NCBI RefSeq assembly: GCF_006345805.1
Contig: NC_043004.1
Location: 77,500,001 to 77,564,000 of the forward strand
Direction: 5' to 3'
From: Octopus sinensis
Taxonomy: Eukaryota
Length of the DNA: 64,000 nucleotides
The position numbers and the translations under genes are program-made. The stretch's first letter is position 1, and every line of letters starts with the position of its first letter. This document shows, in pieces, positions 61,101-64,000 of the stretch. The notes beneath the pieces were generated by a model that saw only the letters and a list, made by a program, of their open reading frames with translations, searched no databases and was not told the DNA's origin.

Positions 61101-63545
61101 AAGAAGGAAAATATTTGGTAATCCTTTTTCATCATCATCACCATTTAACATCCTCCTTTCATACTGGCATTGGTTGGACAGTTTGAGAGGAGCTCGCAAG
61201 TCAGAAAACTGCACCAAGCCCTACTGTCTGCTTTGGCTTGATTTCTTCAGCTGGTACCACTAACTTACAAGATAAGACCCTCTCAACTATGATGGGGAGT
61301 AGTATTAACCCTTCTGTTACCAACCCAGCTGAAACCGCCTCTGGCTCTAAGTACAAATGTCTTGTTTACATGAATTTTGAATTAAAATCTTCCACCAAAC
61401 CTTAGTCACAATTTATGTTCCTAGCACCAACTTAGTGATAACTAAGTGATTTTACTAAATTCTTTGTTATATTTAAAGTAATTGAAAGAAACACATAGCA
61501 TCTCAAAATAGATACTGTAATTAAAGGGTTAAAGGAGTTGGCTTTGTGCCAGGGTAGAAGTTAAAATATGTTAGAGGGACAGAAATATGTGTCTTGCAGT
61601 AGAGAAGATACATGGCTATCTCAACTGGAGAGAGAGACATGATGTGATGTGGTGTACACCGAAATATTTCTTATGTCTTTTTTGATATAGTCATTATTCA
61701 AGAAAAGAAAAGCATTTTGATTGACCCCAAGTTTTGTGAGCTTTATAACACTTTGTAAAATGTGATGTGACTCTGACTCATCATCATCACCATCGTTTAA
61801 CGTCCGTTTTCCATGCTAGCATGGGTTGGACGGTTCGACCGGGGTCTGGGAAGCCAGGAGGGTGCACCAGGCTCCAGTCTGATCTGGCAGTGCTTCTACA
61901 GCTGGATGCCCTTCCTAACACCAACCACTCCGTGAGTGTAGTGGGTGCCTTTTATGTGCCACCGACACGGAAGCCAGTCAAACTCCTGATTTGTGAGCTT
62001 GGCTATATTGACAGAAATGTATCCAGCGTTTCTATTTCACCAATGGATGAGTCTTTTTCTTGATTGATTATAGAACTTAACTATCCCTTGAGAGGTGGTT
62101 GGATGGAACTTACACTCGCCTCCTTATGAGAGCTCAAAATCTCTCGTGGAAGCGTCATCCAACCAAAGTACAAATATATGGGAAATTACCACCTGTATCA
62201 TCTCTTGTGAAAGGTAGAAGAGTCCAGTTTGCTGGACATTGTTGTAGAGCTGAAAACGAGGTAATTTGTACTCTTCTCCTCTGGAAGCCATCTGCTCGTG
62301 ATACCAGAGGGCGCACACTCTCCTACTCTGATGTAATCTCCAGGGATACAGGCATCCAGCGACAGGACCTCCGTAATGCTATGATGAACCGTGAAGTCTG
62401 GCGTAACATAGTAAATTCCATTGTCTCAACCACGGTCGAACAATGATGATGATGTGCAGGGCAAAGGGTCATATGTTCTACCCTCGTGTACTATTAATGC
62501 TTCATACATGCAAAATACTAACACACCTTCACTTCAATAGCATTCTTGTTATGGTCCTGAAAAGTATAGAGATCACCAAAGACTCATCTATGCTCTGTGG
62601 TTGGTAATCCTGAGCACCACCCTAATACCTGTAAATTATTTACAGCAGAAATAATGTACAAGACTTTTTCTTTTTTCTTGCTATCCATAAGTTTGTTTTT
62701 GCATTTATTGTTTGAAACATTTCAATGGGGAAGAAAATAAAAGGAAATAATTTGTTGGCTTTGAATCATTGAGAAAATCATGGTTGGGGTTGGATTCTTC
62801 CAAAAAGATTTGCAGTGAAATATTTTTCAGATTTTTAGCTACCGTTGTCTTTTAAATAAATTTGTTCGCACTGTATTAGTGTTGGAGTTGCTGTCCCTAT
62901 TAAAAATTGAAATATCTGACTCTACATCCAAAATGTGGAAAAAATTTGAAGACAAATTTAACATAATAAAATGTCAGGTGAGGTAGAGCAGGTATTTCAG
63001 GTGAGGTCAAGTGTTGTCCCCCACAGTATTCTTCATATTTTTTCTGCTACTTCTAGCTTCAATAACAAATTAAAATAATTTTTTTTTTTTCCTCTAGAGA
63101 AAAGGAATTGGCTAAGCAACGTGCTGAACGTGAACGTTATTTAAAAGAAAAACAAAAGGCTCAAGAAGCAGGTCTGGAGAGGATTCGAGAAATGGTAAAT
63201 TGGGAATTTTTATAGACATTATGATTTACCTTTCTTATATCATGTATTTTGTATAAATATAAAACTACATAGTTAAATTTATAATTTATTTTGAAATTAC
63301 TAATCATAAATATTGACTTGTCATAATATGTTTGATATTGTTTACTGAAAATTATTTTTTTATTAGGAACGGGAACGATTACTTTATGAACAGAGTTTAC
63401 AAGAAAAAAAACTTGAGAAAGATCAACAAATCCAAAAACTTCTTGGTTCAGAAACCACTGCACATCAGAAAGTGGTTAGCCACAATACTACTATTACCAT
63501 TGAAAACCCTACTGAATGCTCCAAATCTGATAAAAAATCTGAAAG
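32473..63545 (+). CDS. INCENP: Inner centromere protein (chromosomal passenger complex scaffold); 15 coding exons, 2432 nt, 3' end beyond window
   Basis: N-terminal helix FEEHFTWLDEILETAKAAF then VLPKTPS (compare vertebrate LVWLEEI.EEA..MF and LMPKTPS), a long acidic S/T-rich region, FKSFLKKTATP (compare VKSFIKRNTP), an ER/K single-alpha-helix region (KREERMRKV) and NTTITIE. All introns are GT-AG and the phases chain without stops. Confidence 0.9.
32730..33592. mobile_element. Two degenerate piggyBac-like TTAA MITEs (32730-32991; 33025-33592, the latter interrupted by an RTE 3' end at 33150-33550)
   Basis: ttaacactttagcatt...aatgctaaagttaa and aaccatttagcatt...aatgctaaagggttaa. Confidence 0.6.
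35220..35730 (-). mobile_element. RTE-LINE 3' UTR fragment
   Basis: catcatcatcatcgtttaac start plus modular UTR. Confidence 0.85.
36259..36482. repeat. Inverted repeat, ~78-bp arms around a ~68-nt spacer
   Basis: tattctattgtgtgtggggagagtcattttctttttgtgccttataatataacacactcaccggtaaaatttccactt mirrored at 36405-36482. Confidence 0.9.
36608..36831. mobile_element. piggyBac-like MITE (TTAA TSD, CCCTTT termini); further copies at 36982-37202 and 61309-61528 (opposite orientation)
   Basis: TTAA|CCCTTTTGTTACC...GGTATCGAAAGGG|TTAA; the three copies align internally. Confidence 0.85.
37520..38260. repeat. ~70-bp direct repeat pair (37520-37590, 38185-38255) enclosing a SINE family 1 copy and an unclassified repeat
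   Basis: ttttttgtaaacagtagatctaacaccagtaaatg.tccttg.ttccctttagcaagattcac occurs twice. Confidence 0.85.
38398..38493 (+). CDS. INCENP: INCENP exon (96 nt)
   Basis: ccag|T TCT...; SSQIQVLPKTPSARQRRPQRRQSELPSFIRRS + AG|gtgagc. Confidence 0.9.
38855..39917. mobile_element. Non-autonomous piggyBac-like element, 1063 bp
   Basis: TTAA|CCCTTTCGTTAC ... GTAACGAAAGGG|TTAA (perfect 12-bp TIR), an internal ~100-bp direct repeat (39338, 39515) and subterminal gggcggtttgg repeats. Confidence 0.85.
40102..40405 (+). CDS. INCENP: INCENP exon (304 nt)
   Basis: tatag|C ATT...TCA AAT|gtatgt; ICVGKTLHFSETD...PLTDSN. Confidence 0.85.
41333..42035 (-). mobile_element. RTE-LINE 3' end including ORF2 stop and full 3' UTR
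   Basis: Minus strand reads WKYAVHEKTRQAK* then about 650 nt of UTR and a (GAT)n tail. Confidence 0.88.
43324..43919 (+). CDS. INCENP: INCENP exon (596 nt) with 12-aa repeats
   Basis: ctag|GGC TCA...ACA AG|gtaagt; in frame with ORF 43384-43923. Confidence 0.85.
43995..44250 (+). mobile_element. RTE-LINE 3' end fragment
   Basis: Family motif. Other copies not listed singly: 42355-42510(+), 44520-44830(-), 44947-45055(-), 47825-47975(+), 49995-50507(+), 53455-53722(+), 55455-55555(+), 58150-58510(+), 60700-60860(-), 61778-61980(-), 63690-64000(-). Confidence 0.85.
45060..45682 (+). mobile_element. RTE-LINE 3' end with ORF2 C-terminus
   Basis: RKTWDKVLKHDLRTLGLTEVMASDRDLWRYAVLEKTRQVK* then the family 3' UTR and gat tail. 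Confidence 0.88.
46671..46833 (+). CDS. INCENP: INCENP exon (163 nt)
   Basis: tttcag|A AGT CGC...AGT GAA|gtaagt; SRARKRTSEEVEN...DSEDESE. Confidence 0.85.
47453..47519 (+). CDS. INCENP: INCENP exon (67 nt)
   Basis: tttatag|TCC AAA...AAT G|gtaagt; SKVKSLINVHTTPSNLSTPKHN. Confidence 0.8.
49000..49345 (+). mobile_element. Highly degraded mariner transposase remnant
   Basis: SGRLSTLAIGTNYQQVDILVCVNRQVT (compare SGRPST..NI.KV..L...NR.IT) and LTQRRVEACSDLLEGFQTNEDFF..NLVTEYVTHLYLYDLKTK (compare IVTGDETW...YDPETK). Confidence 0.7.
49596..49611 (+). CDS. INCENP: INCENP predicted 16-nt microexon
   Basis: tttttaaacag|GACTTCACAGTTTGCT|gtaagt converts phase 1 to the phase 2 needed by the 52158 exon. 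Confidence 0.65.
52158..52221 (+). CDS. INCENP: INCENP exon (64 nt)
   Basis: gtctag|T TTG AAC...AGC AAG|gtaaga; LNSSYSLANRSFNRNNYSLSK. Confidence 0.7.
52845..53110 (+). mobile_element. Composite element: tRNA-like head, (AAT)n linker and hammerhead-like motif
   Basis: A box tagtgtaatgg (52848) and B box gttcaattc (52893); acac-CTGATGA-aggctg...cggcc-AAAAC-GTT-gtgg at 52995-53038. Confidence 0.6.
53999..54136 (+). CDS. INCENP: INCENP exon (138 nt)
   Basis: tttcag|TAT GTA...TCA CAG|gtaatt; contains FKSFLKKTATP. Confidence 0.85.
54437..55333 (+). repeat. Tandem array (114-bp unit x6) inside an RTE-LINE 3' UTR copy
   Basis: The unit is two alternating sub-modules, each containing tggcacgtaaaaa(g)cacc, and appears as a 38-aa repeat in minus ORF 54337-55173. 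It ends in the normal family tail. Confidence 0.92.
56235..56344 (+). CDS. INCENP: INCENP exon (110 nt), start of ER/K helix
   Basis: ctctag|GAA ATA...AAA AG|gtgggc; EIIELKKRELENKERKEKERMMKREEIQRLKLDEQK. Confidence 0.88.
57171..57338 (+). CDS. INCENP: INCENP exon (168 nt)
   Basis: ttctag|A AAA CGA...CTT AG|gtaaac; KREERMRKVAETRE... Confidence 0.9.
57792..57916 (-). ncRNA. Type I hammerhead ribozyme-like motif (Penelope-like element associated)
   Basis: Minus strand: agtct CTGACGA ggcctatggata [loop] tatccaaaggct GAAAC AGCT GTA agtga. The core is intact, stem II is about 12 bp, stem III is palindromic (ACAGCTGT), and stem I is weak. Confidence 0.55.
58596..58671 (+). CDS. INCENP: INCENP exon (76 nt)
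   Basis: tatag|G TTA AAG...GAG CAA|gtgagt. Confidence 0.88.
59789..60003 (+). CDS. INCENP: INCENP exon (215 nt)
   Basis: aaccag|GAA GAA...GAA AG|gtttca; EEEQLRQQSILQRKKEFEEQERLKKAAEEKR... Confidence 0.88.
60200..60469. repeat. 174-nt GC-rich insert flanked by 48-nt direct repeats
   Basis: gggacagttttcactca(c/g)catgtttttatttgatgactttctttgctc at 60200-60247 and 60422-60469 (1 mismatch). Confidence 0.9.
62085..62455 (+). mobile_element. RTE/RTE-X-like LINE 3' end, same family as 17950-18357
   Basis: DGTYTRLLMRAQNLSWKRHPTKVQIYGKLPP...EVWRNIVNSIVSTTVEQ* plus (GAT)n. Confidence 0.9.
63098..63194 (+). CDS. INCENP: INCENP exon (97 nt)
   Basis: ctctag|A GAA AAG...GAA ATG|gtaaat. Confidence 0.85.
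63367..63545 (+). CDS. INCENP: INCENP exon (179 nt)
   Basis: attag|GAA CGG...GAA AG|gtgagt; ERERLLYEQ...SHNTTITIENP. Confidence 0.85.
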
Positions 63546-64000
63546 GTGAGTGATATGAGCTACTATTAACAGAGGTTCCTGTACATTCATTCAGCAATGC
63601 CCTTAGCATGTAGACAGCTAAATCCTTTGGAAATTCAATGGAGCAACATTTGGCCTAATTGTAGGTATCCCTGTTTTTTTTCATGAAAATCATCATCATC
63701 ATCGTTTAACGTCTGCTTTCCATGCTAGCATGGTTTGGACGATTTTGACTGAGGGCTGGCGAACCAGATGGCTGCACCAGGCTACAGTCTTGATCTGGCA
63801 GAGTTTCTACAGCTGGATGCCCTTCCTAATGCCAACCACTCCAAGAGTGTAGTGGGTGCCTTTTACGTGCCACCGGCACGGGGGCCAGTCAGGCAGTACT
63901 GGCAACAACCTCACTCGAATCTTTTTACACATTCCACCAGCACAGGTGCCAGTAAGGCGACGTTGGTAACGATCACGCTCAAATGGTGCCCTTTTACGTG

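Overview
AT-rich, repeat-dense animal genomic DNA. The SINE/LINE repertoire points to an octopus (coleoid cephalopod), which is an inference from remembered repeat consensuses rather than a database search. Two spliced genes lie head-to-head. On the minus strand is acyl-CoA-binding protein (DBI/ACBP): three coding exons are visible (12905-12913, 4155-4269, 2302-2364) and the last exon was not found, so it probably lies left of the window. On the plus strand is INCENP: 15 coding exons from 32473 to 63545 chain in phase with GT-AG introns to give 810 codons, including a predicted 16-nt microexon, and the IN-box lies beyond the window. The rest is mostly transposon-derived: about 30 RTE-LINE 3' ends with (GAT)n tails, three tRNA-headed SINE families, RTE, RTE-X-like, CRE-clade and mariner remnants, piggyBac-like TTAA MITEs and several foldback elements. 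No complete novel protein system was found. The best leads are non-coding: (1) two related CCAAT-HSE-TATA promoter cassettes (14.2 kb and 21.1 kb), one with a perfect 4-unit heat-shock element and one inside a probable solo LTR; (2) hammerhead-ribozyme cores, one attached to a tRNA-like Pol III head; (3) two CDE/CHR-geometry modules and a possible uORF upstream of INCENP; (4) the same MITE sitting about 360-400 bp upstream of both divergent promoters. Repeat coordinates are approximate (about +/-10-20 nt). Exon coordinates were counted by hand.
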